A stretch of DNA of 64,000 bases from an uncultured Alistipes sp. (lineage in GTDB: Bacteria > Bacteroidota > Bacteroidia > Bacteroidales > Rikenellaceae): positions 7,936 through 71,935 of the forward strand of contig CAAGBL010000095.1 in NCBI GenBank assembly GCA_900768045.1, given 5' to 3'. A program made the position numbers and the translations under genes. The notes beneath the pieces are model-generated. The model had not been told where the DNA came from and did not search any database. It was given only the letters and a program-made list of their open reading frames with translations. This document shows, one piece after another, positions 34,802 to 44,514 of the stretch (the first letter of the stretch is position 1; each line of letters begins with the position of its first letter).

Positions 34802-36619
34802 TTATATGTATAGTTTTAGCGCCTCGACAAGTTTGTGGTTATCCTCTCTGTTGCGAACGGCAAGGCGTATATAGTTGCTATGGCTAAATGCCGACTTGCC
34901 CGAGCAATCCTTGATAAATATCTCGTGGTCGGCAAGTAGGCGTATGGCAAGCTCCTTTGAAGTAAACCTATCTGTTGTAAGCTCGCAGAGGAAGTAGTTA
35001 GCCTGCGAGGGTATTACTCGTAGATATGGCACCTGCTGCAACTCCTCGAAGAAGAGTTTGCGCTCCTCACGAAATAGCTCGCATGCTCTGAGATAGTCTT
35101 TGTGATACTTCTCATAAATTTGCATGTAGAACTCGCCAAAGGAGTTGATATTCCATATTGCAACCTCCCTCTTTAGGCGGGCAATAGTCTCGGTATCGCC
35201 ACTGGCCAAGACACCAAGGCGTAGGCCTGGCACTCCATACGACTTAGATATGCTCTTAACAACGTAGAGGTGCTCATTCTCTGTTAGAACATCGTTCTTG
35301 AGGAGAGATATTTCACCCTCTGTATCTACAAAGTCTACAAACGACTCGTCGACAATGAAGCGCATGCCATGCTGCTTTGTCCACTCGATAAGTCGCATAA
35401 GGTCGTTGTAGGGGATATAGTTGCCCGAAGGGTTGTCAGGGTTTATAAGTAGTAGGGTGTCAATATCCTTGCCCGCAAAGAATGCCATGATGTCGTTGGC
35501 ATCATACTGCATGCTTGCGTTTGTGGGTAGGTACGACACGATATTCTCCTTGGCGCTTCTATTGGGGTACTCCTCAAAGGTAGGGTAGATAACACCTATT
35601 TTGTTGGTATGCTTCTCGATAAATGCCTTGATGAGCTCCGCAGCACCATTGCCCACAACAATATACTCCTGCTTCACTGCAAAATATTTGCCCGCAAGAA
35701 GGCTGTTTATGCGCATGCCCGAGGGGTACTCTCTAAGCAGAGTGCTAAAGCTTGCCATCAGCTCGTCGACCATCTGCTGTGGAGGGAAGTAGGAGTTTAC
35801 CAAGTAGCAGAAGTCAATGAGATGGGGGTAGCGCCAGTAGCCGCCAAAGCGTGATGATATGAATTTGTAGCGCTCCTCATCGCTCGATGCAAAGATGCAT
35901 GATGCGATATCAAGATCCTGAATATCGTCTATCTCGTACCACTTCTCGCCATTGAGTGGCAGGGCTCTAAGTGGCGACTCATCGAGCAGAGTGATAACCT
36001 TAAGAACCTGCTCGTAGTACTCGTTGTTACCCAAGGCGTGACAGTAGGCCTCGAGGAATGGAACGTAGTGTGTTGCTGAGAAGTCTTTGCTAAATTTATA
36101 GATGTTTACCGTCTTGTAGTAGCGGTTTATGTCGGAGTATCTGAACTTATCCTTTGTCAAGAACTCCTCAATCTTGTTCTCCTCGTCGATGGTTACCACA
36201 GTGCCGTCCATCCAACTCTCGTACTTATCTACAAGTGCGATATTGGGGTATGTGTTCTCGACAATCTTTCTGAGTACGGAGCTCTCAAATATTAGATCCG
36301 ACTCAAGAAGTAGTGAGTCCTCCTCAAGAAGATACTCTCGAGCAAGAAAGAGTGAGTATATGTTGTTTGTCTTGTCGTATATCTTGTTTTCAACATAGAC
36401 TATATCAATATCCTTATACCTATCGCCAATCAGCCTCTTTACATTCTCGGCCTTATAGCCAACGACAAGGACCACTCTCTTAATGCCAACCTCTGCGAGG
36501 TTGTCTAATGTTCTATGTATTAGTCGAGTGCCATTTACTTCAAGCATGCATTTGGTGTTGTCGTCGGTCAGCTCTCCCAACCTACGTCCCATTCCTGCTG
36601 CCAAAATAATTGCTTGCAT
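34802..36619 (-). CDS. LicC-like cytidylyltransferase fused to a class I/II PLP enzyme (HisC/CobD-like)
   Basis: AIILAAGMGRRL..TKC, NNIYSL, WYEIDD; NPDNPSG, DESF, SISKSYGVPGLRLG. Confidence 0.88.
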   Translation of the reverse strand: MQAIILAAGMGRRLGELTDDNTKCMLEVNGTRLIHRTLDNLAEVGIKRVVLVVGYKAENVKRLIGDRYKDIDIVYVENKIYDKTNNIYSLFLAREYLLEEDSLLLESDLIFESSVLRKIVENTYPNIALVDKYESWMDGTVVTIDEENKIEEFLTKDKFRYSDINRYYKTVNIYKFSKDFSATHYVPFLEAYCHALGNNEYYEQVLKVITLLDESPLRALPLNGEKWYEIDDIQDLDIASCIFASSDEERYKFISSRFGGYWRYPHLIDFCYLVNSYFPPQQMVDELMASFSTLLREYPSGMRINSLLAGKYFAVKQEYIVVGNGAAELIKAFIEKHTNKIGVIYPTFEEYPNRSAKENIVSYLPTNASMQYDANDIMAFFAGKDIDTLLLINPDNPSGNYIPYNDLMRLIEWTKQHGMRFIVDESFVDFVDTEGEISLLKNDVLTENEHLYVVKSISKSYGVPGLRLGVLASGDTETIARLKREVAIWNINSFGEFYMQIYEKYHKDYLRACELFREERKLFFEELQQVPYLRVIPSQANYFLCELTTDRFTSKELAIRLLADHEIFIKDCSGKSAFSHSNYIRLAVRNREDNHKLVEALKLYI

Positions 36620-36741
36620 GGTGTAGTTTTTTTAGTATCTTCGTGTAACCTCATACTCTGTATGAGAGTATGAATATTTACACAAAATTAATCATTTTTT
36701 ATTAAGCTACAAAATAATAACTATTTTGCATTAGTGTCGTT

Positions 36742-37872
36742 CTATAATATCCGATGTGTTCGGCTTTGGGGCGTTAGCCTCATGTTGTGGAGGTCGACAT
36801 CCTCAACGAGCACCAGTCCTGGGCTCTTTCCCACCTCTATTGTGCCTATTTTTGAGCTAAGTCCCATCGCCTCTGCGCCATTTTTTGTTGCCCAAGTAAG
36901 CATCTCGGCAAGTGGAATATCGCCTAAAAGGCGCATGTTCTCAATCATAGATAGCTCTCGAGCCGATGCCAACGAGTCGGTGCCTATGGCAATGTGCGAA
37001 CCCATTGAGCGAAGCATCTCTACAGGAGGCTTAGCATCTGAGATATAGCGGTTTGACTCGGGACATAGTGCCCATGTAGCGGGCGCTGTGAAGTGCTTGT
37101 CGATACTCTGGATGTCGTCAGATGTTGCTTCGCAGCCATGCACCAAAACCACTCTTTTGTCGTGGGCTATGCTCTCGACAATGCGCTTTGCGGGCGAAGC
37201 GTAGCTTAGAAAGTCGCACTCCCAACCCATGCGCTCGTACCACTCCCATAGCGAGCCTTGACGCTGGTAAAGCTCTATCTCAGCTTTTGACTCTAAGAGG
37301 TGTATCGATACAACGCTATTATTTTCGTTTACGGCATTGCGAAACGTGGCATCTTGAAGCGAATATGTGGAGTGTGGTGTTATGCTCGACTGCGTCCATT
37401 TTGACGCCATATTCTTATGGTTGTCAATATGTTGTGTTGTTAGTCCAAAGACCTCGAATAGGGTTAGGTACTCGATGCGTGAGCGCTCCTTGATGGGCAT
37501 CACCAGGTCGTCATTTGCAATATCTATGACAGCCTCAATGCCCTGCTCCCACATCTGGGCATCAGCCACAGATGCTGCATGTAGGCGCTCCTCCGATGTA
37601 AAGATGTTGCGCACAGCTCCTATGGCACGTGCAAATCCCGCAAAGCCACTCTTCTCGGCTATGGCACCTCGCAAGTACGATAGCTCGAGGTGGCAATGAG
37701 CATTCACCATGCCCGGTATGAGTATTCCAGGATAGAACTCCACGCTGGCCATATTGTCGAGCGACGTAACCCTGTCAACGGCAACGACTCGTCTTTGGTC
37801 GTCGACGCTAACAACGATGTTGCGACATAACTCGCCACCAATAAGCGTGTAGTGTGCTGCAATCTTTCTCAT
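36742..37872 (-). CDS. Amidohydrolase family protein
   Basis: PGMVNAHCHLELS, PHSTYS, HLLES, GTDSLAS motifs. Confidence 0.9.
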   Translation of the reverse strand: MRKIAAHYTLIGGELCRNIVVSVDDQRRVVAVDRVTSLDNMASVEFYPGILIPGMVNAHCHLELSYLRGAIAEKSGFAGFARAIGAVRNIFTSEERLHAASVADAQMWEQGIEAVIDIANDDLVMPIKERSRIEYLTLFEVFGLTTQHIDNHKNMASKWTQSSITPHSTYSLQDATFRNAVNENNSVVSIHLLESKAEIELYQRQGSLWEWYERMGWECDFLSYASPAKRIVESIAHDKRVVLVHGCEATSDDIQSIDKHFTAPATWALCPESNRYISDAKPPVEMLRSMGSHIAIGTDSLASARELSMIENMRLLGDIPLAEMLTWATKNGAEAMGLSSKIGTIEVGKSPGLVLVEDVDLHNMRLTPQSRTHRIL

Positions 37873-37878
37873 TATTGC

Positions 37879-38775
37879 CTACTCCTTTGTTGCCTTATCG
37901 CTCTGTTGCTCTTTTGCAATACCCCTTTTTGCCATGTTGCCTGAAGTGGGGGTATTGGTTGTTGTCATTAAGGCGTGATTAAACAATATTGGGCCCATCT
38001 GCTCGTCGAAGAGGCTATCTACAGCCTGCTCTGTTGGCAGTACACGTGTTATTGTAAGGTTGCGGATTGTTATTCCTGGACGCTTCGACTCTTCGTTCTT
38101 GGGGTGGTAATACATATTTATATGTAACTCCTTATGTATTGAGTCGGCGGTAAACTTACGCTGATACTTGGCATCACGATAGCGGCTAAGCATCATCGTA
38201 TGTCGATTCACAGCGTTGCTATCTCTGAGGAGCATGTATGCCTCGACACGTGAGTTGCGATTTTGGTCTGTTGTGTCGATGTGATAGTCAAATGCAACAT
38301 TGTAGTCGCCAGGCACAAGGTCTCGTAGCACGATATGTAGCTTCGACGTATCCTTTAGTTTTGTAACCTTTATGAGGCTGTCGCTAAGCATTATACGTGT
38401 ATATTTGCGCTTAGCAATATTGTCCACGGTGTCGAGCACCACTAATTTGTAGTTGTGCCCCTTCGACTCCTCTTCGAGTATGCGGCTTGCCTCGCCCACA
38501 AGATCGCTTAGGCGGCTACTCTTGCGCTGCGATATTGTTTGCACAGTAAATTGCATATCCCCGACGCTGTACCCATGCTTCGCCAAAATAGGTTCATATA
38601 AAAGCAGTGAGTCCTCGCTGCCAAGACATTCGCTGTAGTAGGCATTGGCAAGGAAGGCATCATGAAAAATCTTCACGAGGTCGTTATCAGGTATCGCCTT
38701 TGGCCCTTTGCAGCCCACTGCGAGTAGAGCACATAGTAGTAGCGATGTCTGCAATATTTTATTGAGTCTATTCAT
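37879..38775 (-). CDS. DUF4296-like lipoprotein
   Basis: Lipobox LAVGC; IP..DLVKIFHDAFLANAY. Confidence 0.7.
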   Translation of the reverse strand: MNRLNKILQTSLLLCALLAVGCKGPKAIPDNDLVKIFHDAFLANAYYSECLGSEDSLLLYEPILAKHGYSVGDMQFTVQTISQRKSSRLSDLVGEASRILEEESKGHNYKLVVLDTVDNIAKRKYTRIMLSDSLIKVTKLKDTSKLHIVLRDLVPGDYNVAFDYHIDTTDQNRNSRVEAYMLLRDSNAVNRHTMMLSRYRDAKYQRKFTADSIHKELHINMYYHPKNEESKRPGITIRNLTITRVLPTEQAVDSLFDEQMGPILFNHALMTTTNTPTSGNMAKRGIAKEQQSDKATKE

Positions 38776-38794
38776 GTTTTGAAGTTAAGGTTCT

Positions 38795-40003
38795 CTATTT
38801 TCTTCGTAGTTTTGCTCCTACCGTCATGCGAGATATTAGCCAGCCAGCACTAATGACAACTAATGCCACCATTGCGACGTCCGAGGCATTAAGCTCTACG
38901 GGGTAGCTCTCAAATACCATGTTGCCAGGTATCTTTATCCAGCCGAAGGTCTGTTGACCGAGCGTGAATCCCACGCCTATAATAACTCCTACGATGCAGC
39001 CAAGTAGCGTTAGGAGCACACCTTCGCCTACAAATATGTTGCGTATGAGCCTCTGGTTGCCGCCCATCGAGCGTAGTGTTGCTATGTCACGTCTCTTGTC
39101 GGTTATGAGCATCACAACGGCTCCCACTATCGAGAATGCTGCCACGATAGCGATAAACGAGCCTATGAGTATTATCGCAAAGCGCTCAAGGCGAATGAGC
39201 GCATTTAGTGAGGCGCTCTTCTCGTCACGTGTTCTTACCGTAAACTCTTCTCCCGCAACACTCTCAATATCAGTTACAACCATCTTGATGTTCGCCCCCT
39301 CATCGAGCTTTACGGCTATGCCCGAAATACGCCCTGCGTAGTTTAGTAGGCTCTGCGTAAAGCCAAGCTCGGCAATGGCAATCGTCTCATCAATCTCGGC
39401 ATTTATGCTCACCACGCCCGCCACCTCAGCACGTTTGCGTGAGAATCCGCTTGTGGGTAGTAGCGTAGATAGCTGACGACGATTCAGGGCATATAGCTCT
39501 ATGCTGCTGTTTATGCTTCGTGCTCCCAGCGTCTGTGCTGCCGCCGTGCCAAGCACTATGCTACCCTCGGCAAGATTGAGCGCCGAGCCTCGCACCATGA
39601 AGTCGTTTATCGGCAGAACATGGTGATATAGGCTGTCTATGCCTCGTAGCTTGAGCGTTGTGCGGTGTTGCGCTGTGGCAGCCACAACACTCTGCTCGAG
39701 AAATGGAGCTGCGCACTCAACACCTTCGACTTGGAGTATCTCCTCAAAGTCGATTTGGGTGCTCTCAAAGGTCTGTCCTCGTGAGGCTATAATCTCGATG
39801 TCGGCATCAACCGACGAATATAGCCTCTCAATTGTTTGGCTTATGCCCCCAAACATCGCAAGAAGAATAATCATGGCCGCTGTGGGTATAGCCGCAGCGA
39901 TGACGCTCACCATGGCTATTATGTTAATCACCGAGTGCGACTTCGGCGAGAACATATAGCGACGTGAGAACTTAAGCCACAATAATCCTCTCTGTAAGTT
40001 CAT
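38795..40003 (-). CDS. LolC/E-family ABC permease
   Basis: RRYMFSPKSHSVINII, KRRDIATLRSMG, YPVEL; four TM helices. Confidence 0.88.
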   Translation of the reverse strand: MNLQRGLLWLKFSRRYMFSPKSHSVINIIAMVSVIAAAIPTAAMIILLAMFGGISQTIERLYSSVDADIEIIASRGQTFESTQIDFEEILQVEGVECAAPFLEQSVVAATAQHRTTLKLRGIDSLYHHVLPINDFMVRGSALNLAEGSIVLGTAAAQTLGARSINSSIELYALNRRQLSTLLPTSGFSRKRAEVAGVVSINAEIDETIAIAELGFTQSLLNYAGRISGIAVKLDEGANIKMVVTDIESVAGEEFTVRTRDEKSASLNALIRLERFAIILIGSFIAIVAAFSIVGAVVMLITDKRRDIATLRSMGGNQRLIRNIFVGEGVLLTLLGCIVGVIIGVGFTLGQQTFGWIKIPGNMVFESYPVELNASDVAMVALVVISAGWLISRMTVGAKLRRK

Positions 40004-40023
40004 GTTAGGGGCGATAATGGTGT

Positions 40024-40362
40024 TTACTTGCTCAGCAAGTTGTCAATGTTGTTGATATACTCCAACGAGTCGTCGATGAAGAACTCCAACTCGGGAACTA
40101 CCTTGAGCTGGTTGCGTATGCGGCTGCCAAGGAGCTTGCGCACCAGCCAACCCTGCTCTTTGATTGTGTTTAGCACCTGCTCGCTGCGCTCAAATGGGAA
40201 TATGCTGATGTAGATCTTTGCATAAGCTAAGTCGGGCGATACTCTTACTGTGGTTACCGTAACGAGTGAGCCACGTAGTGCATCGGCTAACTCCTTTTGT
40301 AGAATCTCGGCGATGTCACGCTGAATCTGTCGAGAGATCTTCTGTTGACGTGTTGAATCCAT
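40024..40362 (-). CDS. rbfA: Ribosome-binding factor A
   Basis: VTVTTVRVSPDL..AKIY, VPELEFFIDDSLEY. Confidence 0.95.
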   Translation of the reverse strand: MDSTRQQKISRQIQRDIAEILQKELADALRGSLVTVTTVRVSPDLAYAKIYISIFPFERSEQVLNTIKEQGWLVRKLLGSRIRNQLKVVPELEFFIDDSLEYINNIDNLLSK

Positions 40363-40386
40363 ATTGTTCTTCTTTTTTATGTTTTA

Positions 40387-41319
40387 TTATCTACGTGTTT
40401 GGCTTGTTCCACTTGGTCTACCTGATGCTCCTGGTCTGCCGCCTGCTGAGCTACCTCCAGGCTGGTTTGTGGCGCTGCTGAAGTTGAAGCTCTCAATGCG
40501 CTTTGTGCGCTCAGGACGCTTCACGAACCACTCATCGAAGCCTCGCTTATTAAATCTCCAACCCAATGTTATCGAGAATGTTAGGTTGTCCACAGGCGAG
40601 CGCAGTGGCGAGTAAGTGAATGGGTTTTCGGCAGGGACTTTTATTCCTTGTTCGTTTGTGACCAAATCCGTGGTATTCGAGTAGTACTTGTTGCGGTTCT
40701 TCATAAGGTCGGAGTATCCGAAGTTGTAGCGAGCCTTGAAGCCCACCTCAACCTGGCCTATGAGCACGGCAAAGCCAGCACCTCCAAGCAGACCATAGCC
40801 AAAGCGGTTGTCACGAGGAACCTTCCACTTGTATTCTCCTGGAGGATAGAAGTTGTTCTCGTAGCTATATTGCGACGATATGTTGAACGAGAGCACAAAT
40901 GCCGCCTCGACAAATAGTCGCAATCGGTTTTTAGCGAGGTAGAAGTGTGGCTGCCACACCATAGGCAGCATCAACGATTGCACATCACGGCGATAGAACT
41001 GGTAGTGGCGTATCTCCTTGTCATCGATAAACTCCGAGGTGTAGGCATATCCCATCAAGAAGCCTCGCTCCATATAGTCGAGGTCGACACCCACAGCCCC
41101 CACAAAGCGTGGCGAGTCGCTGTAGTATCGCCATGAGAGGCCGAAGCTCTCAGCACCCCATAGCCATTTTGTCTCCTGAGCGGGGTAGAAGCGTGCGTAT
41201 GTAGCACCCGTACCACCCACGAGGGTTAGTGTGTGTTGTGCTGAGGCATCTGCTCCTCCGCCAAATATGGTGAGCAGTGCGACGACTGCCCCTATGGTAA
41301 GTATCTTTATTCTCTTCAT
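40387..41319 (-). CDS. Outer membrane beta-barrel protein (PorT-like)
   Basis: Signal peptide, alternating beta strands, ARYNFGYSD. Confidence 0.75.
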   Translation of the reverse strand: MKRIKILTIGAVVALLTIFGGGADASAQHTLTLVGGTGATYARFYPAQETKWLWGAESFGLSWRYYSDSPRFVGAVGVDLDYMERGFLMGYAYTSEFIDDKEIRHYQFYRRDVQSLMLPMVWQPHFYLAKNRLRLFVEAAFVLSFNISSQYSYENNFYPPGEYKWKVPRDNRFGYGLLGGAGFAVLIGQVEVGFKARYNFGYSDLMKNRNKYYSNTTDLVTNEQGIKVPAENPFTYSPLRSPVDNLTFSITLGWRFNKRGFDEWFVKRPERTKRIESFNFSSATNQPGGSSAGGRPGASGRPSGTSQTRR

Positions 41320-41339
41320 AACCTATTCGCTCGTTGCTG

Positions 41340-43460
41340 TTAACGTCTGCCAGTTCCTGTTTGTAGGCCGCCCATGCCGCCGCCCATGCTACCACCGAGG
41401 CTACCACCGAGGCCTCCGCCCATGCCACCGCCGAGGCCACCTCCCATGCCGCCGAAGCCAAAGCCACTCTGACCCTGGTTGTTGTTCTTGTTCTGCTCCT
41501 TACGTTTCTTTTCCATCTCCTCAGCAAGCTTTTTGAGGCGCTCGTCCTCACGGTCGTTGAGCATCTGAATAACAGACTCCATGGTTATTGGCGTAAATAG
41601 CTTGCTCATGTCAATCTCAACGTCGAACTCCCAGTTCGCCTTGGTCGATATAAGCTCCACGCCCTCCTCGTTTTTGTATATCTCGGTGCGCTCGGGTTGG
41701 CGCATAATAACCATGTCGCCAGTGTCCCACTTGCCGTTGTTGTTCATATCCTCAACAACACGTATCATCACATCGCCAGGATTTACATATTCGAAGCGGT
41801 AGCTGCCATTTGTGGCGTTGAATATCTCCTTCTGTGTCTTACCCTGAGCATTAGTGAGCTGTAGTATGTAGCTTGCATTAGGCTTCGCACCCACAACCTT
41901 CACGTTTAGTAGGGCATACTTCTCAGGATCGGAGCCTGTGTACGAGCACTTTATAGTGTCGTTCTGCTCACGTGCAATGTTGTGGAATGCTCCCGCAGGG
42001 ATTATAAGCTCATACTTCGCCTTATCCTCCCACTCGGCCCTAAGCTGATACTTACGTTTGTTGATAGTATCCTGCACAAAGTGATATTTTATGCTCTGTG
42101 GCTCAGTAATCTGCTCCGTGGTCTTTGTGAGGGTTATTGTTGCCGAGTCAAACTTGGTTAGCGGATAGTCGAACTCAAGGTCTACGTGTCTGTGTTTGTT
42201 TACCTCGCCAGATGTGGGTATTGTCACCTTGAAGGGGTTCTCCTCTTCGGGCTCTGTGAAGCTCTCGCCATTCTTTTCGGCACGCTCTCTCTCCTTCTCA
42301 ATGCGCTCACGCTCCTTCTGCTCCTCCTTCGACTCTACGTACTTCCACGCCAAGCGTAGCTTGTCGCTCGACTCCACAAGGTTGTTCACCGAGTCATGCT
42401 TCATGTAGGTAATTGTACCCTTGATGGTGTCGGGAAGCTCCTCGGGGGCTATGTCGAACCATAGAGCTACGGTATCCTTACCAATGGTCTGAGGGTCATA
42501 AATAACCTTGTCGGAGGGTATTGAGTCAAACTCTATTTTGCGTACCTCGGGGTTGGCGCCACCAAAGTAGAGTAGGGCCTTGTGGCGTGATGTGCGCTCA
42601 TGGCCTGTAAGTGTTTGGCGGGCAAACTTTCTATCGGTAAACATTCTAAAGTATAGCTGTGGATCGGCCGATGGGTAGTGGCGCAACGAGTCGAACCAGA
42701 TGTTGAAGCCTGGCATGTAGCGTGGGTTGTACAGAGTATCTAAGAAGCCTATCTGGTCAACCGATGGCTCATACATCATGTTGTTGTTGGTGTCCTCAAA
42801 GGCATATATGCGGTAGTTCACAGGCTTTAGGTTCTGCGCAATGAAGATACCGTTCTTCTCGGCACGTGCTATGACGTGAGGCTTATACTTAAACATTGTC
42901 GAGTCGTACTCCGAGTTGTGCTCAATAGAGTCGGCAATGAAGAAGTAGATGAAGGACTTACTCACAGAGTCGGCCTTGTATGAGTCGGCAGTATAGCCCG
43001 ACATATACATCGAGTCGACAGTGTCGCCAGTTGAGAATACGTAGCGCATAGCGTGTAGGGGGTTGCCCTCGTTATTATCGGCGATAGCTGCTCCGAAGTT
43101 AATGGCGTAGGTAATGTCGGGGCGCAGAGTATCCTTGATTGTTATGACAATGCCCTTGCCACGACGCACCACCGATGGCTGCTTCTTCATTGCAGGCGAG
43201 GTGTATAGCTCCTTCTGCAAATCCTTAATCTGCACATACTCGTCAAACTCCACATATATCTTTGGAGGGTGCAACGTGTCAACATTTGTCGAGAAGTTGT
43301 TAGGCTCCATGAACACAATCACGGGCGGGATAGTATCTTTAGGGCCTCCCGTAGGTGTCATTGTCGATGCGCACTTAGTGAAGAGTGCAGCACCGAAGAG
43401 CACTATTATAACAGTCGAAATTGTCGATGTTATCTGTTGTGTTATATTTTTGCGTGTCAT
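41340..43460 (-). CDS. Ig-like (Big_5) domain lipoprotein (start MTRKNITQ)
   Basis: CAS..TPTGGPKDTIPP, FDEYV, IADNNEGN, DMNNNGKWDTG motifs. Confidence 0.8.
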   Translation of the reverse strand: MTRKNITQQITSTISTVIIVLFGAALFTKCASTMTPTGGPKDTIPPVIVFMEPNNFSTNVDTLHPPKIYVEFDEYVQIKDLQKELYTSPAMKKQPSVVRRGKGIVITIKDTLRPDITYAINFGAAIADNNEGNPLHAMRYVFSTGDTVDSMYMSGYTADSYKADSVSKSFIYFFIADSIEHNSEYDSTMFKYKPHVIARAEKNGIFIAQNLKPVNYRIYAFEDTNNNMMYEPSVDQIGFLDTLYNPRYMPGFNIWFDSLRHYPSADPQLYFRMFTDRKFARQTLTGHERTSRHKALLYFGGANPEVRKIEFDSIPSDKVIYDPQTIGKDTVALWFDIAPEELPDTIKGTITYMKHDSVNNLVESSDKLRLAWKYVESKEEQKERERIEKERERAEKNGESFTEPEEENPFKVTIPTSGEVNKHRHVDLEFDYPLTKFDSATITLTKTTEQITEPQSIKYHFVQDTINKRKYQLRAEWEDKAKYELIIPAGAFHNIAREQNDTIKCSYTGSDPEKYALLNVKVVGAKPNASYILQLTNAQGKTQKEIFNATNGSYRFEYVNPGDVMIRVVEDMNNNGKWDTGDMVIMRQPERTEIYKNEEGVELISTKANWEFDVEIDMSKLFTPITMESVIQMLNDREDERLKKLAEEMEKKRKEQNKNNNQGQSGFGFGGMGGGLGGGMGGGLGGSLGGSMGGGMGGLQTGTGRR
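41365..41465 (-). repeat. Coding 12-bp degenerate repeat (GGGM/GGGL tail)
   Basis: Encodes FGFGGMGGGLGGGMGGGLGGSLGGSMGGGMGGL. Confidence 0.8.
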
Positions 43461-43464
43461 CTCC

Positions 43465-44013
43465 TTACTCTTGTGTTTCGTTGTCATCATCGCTTGGTAC
43501 AAGTGGCTCTCTTGCCTCATCGGGGAATGGGTTTACTACGTTCCAGCCATTTGCTGTTCCCGACTTACGCCATGCGTACAGGTGTAGCTGGGCATACGTC
43601 ACAGGTAGGTTCATCGGTGTTTCGTAGAGGCGTGTGGCGTATAGCTTGTTTGTTGGGTCAACAACAACCATAAACACCGTGTGCGACCATAGGTCCATCT
43701 CTACTTGGTACTCGGCCTCGGCATCAAACGTGCCAATAACATCGGGGTTGCTGCGCTGCTCGCTCTTGCGCTCGGTGTTTGTTATGCGACGCTCGAGAGC
43801 ATCCTCCCACGACGATACCTCCCACTTGCTCTTCTCAGGAACGTAGAAGGCGTAGGATTCAATCTCCGTAGTGGTCTTTGTTGCTGGCTCGTCGCTTACG
43901 TTTTGCGAATATACCGCAATCTTGAGCAGTGTGCCCTGCTTCTCCTCCTTAAAACATGATGTTAGGCAGAGGATAAGTGCTGCAAGGGTAAATATCGTTG
44001 TTAAATGCTTCAT
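43465..44013 (-). CDS. Hypothetical lipoprotein
   Basis: Lipobox LTSC. Confidence 0.75.
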   Translation of the reverse strand: MKHLTTIFTLAALILCLTSCFKEEKQGTLLKIAVYSQNVSDEPATKTTTEIESYAFYVPEKSKWEVSSWEDALERRITNTERKSEQRSNPDVIGTFDAEAEYQVEMDLWSHTVFMVVVDPTNKLYATRLYETPMNLPVTYAQLHLYAWRKSGTANGWNVVNPFPDEAREPLVPSDDDNETQE

Positions 44014-44016
44014 AGT

Positions 44017-44514
44017 CTACTCTTTTGTTAGTCGCTCCAACATTGTGTATGGCGTATGCTCCAGCGCTGGGTGTTGGCGCTCGGGGGCAATCTCAGCAAC
44101 AGGACGTAGGGCATACTCACGCTCGTCGAGGAAGTGGTATGGCACTATTAGCCTGCTATCGTCAAACGTCTCGTCGCCATAAAAAATTATATCTATGTCT
44201 ATTGGTCGTGAGGCATACCTCTCGCCACGTAGCTCTTTTGTTCTCTGCTCCTGCTCTCTGTCACGACCAAGTAGTGCCTCAATGCAGTTTATTCGGCGCA
44301 ACACCTCGTAGGCATCGTACTCGCTATTAAGCTCCACGGCACGATTTATAAACTCACGCTCCGAGGTAAAGCCGTAAGCCTTCGAGCGATACTCACGAGA
44401 TAGCTTTACGACCTCTCCCACCGAACTGCCGAGCACCTTTACCGCATTCTCGATAATTGCTGATGCACTTTTGTAGTTCGAGCCGAGGAGTAGTATTATG
44501 CTTGTTGTCGCCAT
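44017..44514 (-). CDS. folK: 2-amino-4-hydroxy-6-hydroxymethyldihydropteridine diphosphokinase
   Basis: LLLGSN, FIN.AV, SRPIDIDIIFY motifs. Confidence 0.9.
   Translation of the reverse strand: MATTSIILLLGSNYKSASAIIENAVKVLGSSVGEVVKLSREYRSKAYGFTSEREFINRAVELNSEYDAYEVLRRINCIEALLGRDREQEQRTKELRGERYASRPIDIDIIFYGDETFDDSRLIVPYHFLDEREYALRPVAEIAPERQHPALEHTPYTMLERLTKE

Noticed and set aside
41365..41465. GC-rich 12-bp repeat as a contingency locus
   Set aside because: Degenerate in-frame codon repeat for a Gly/Met tail; length changes would not shift the frame.
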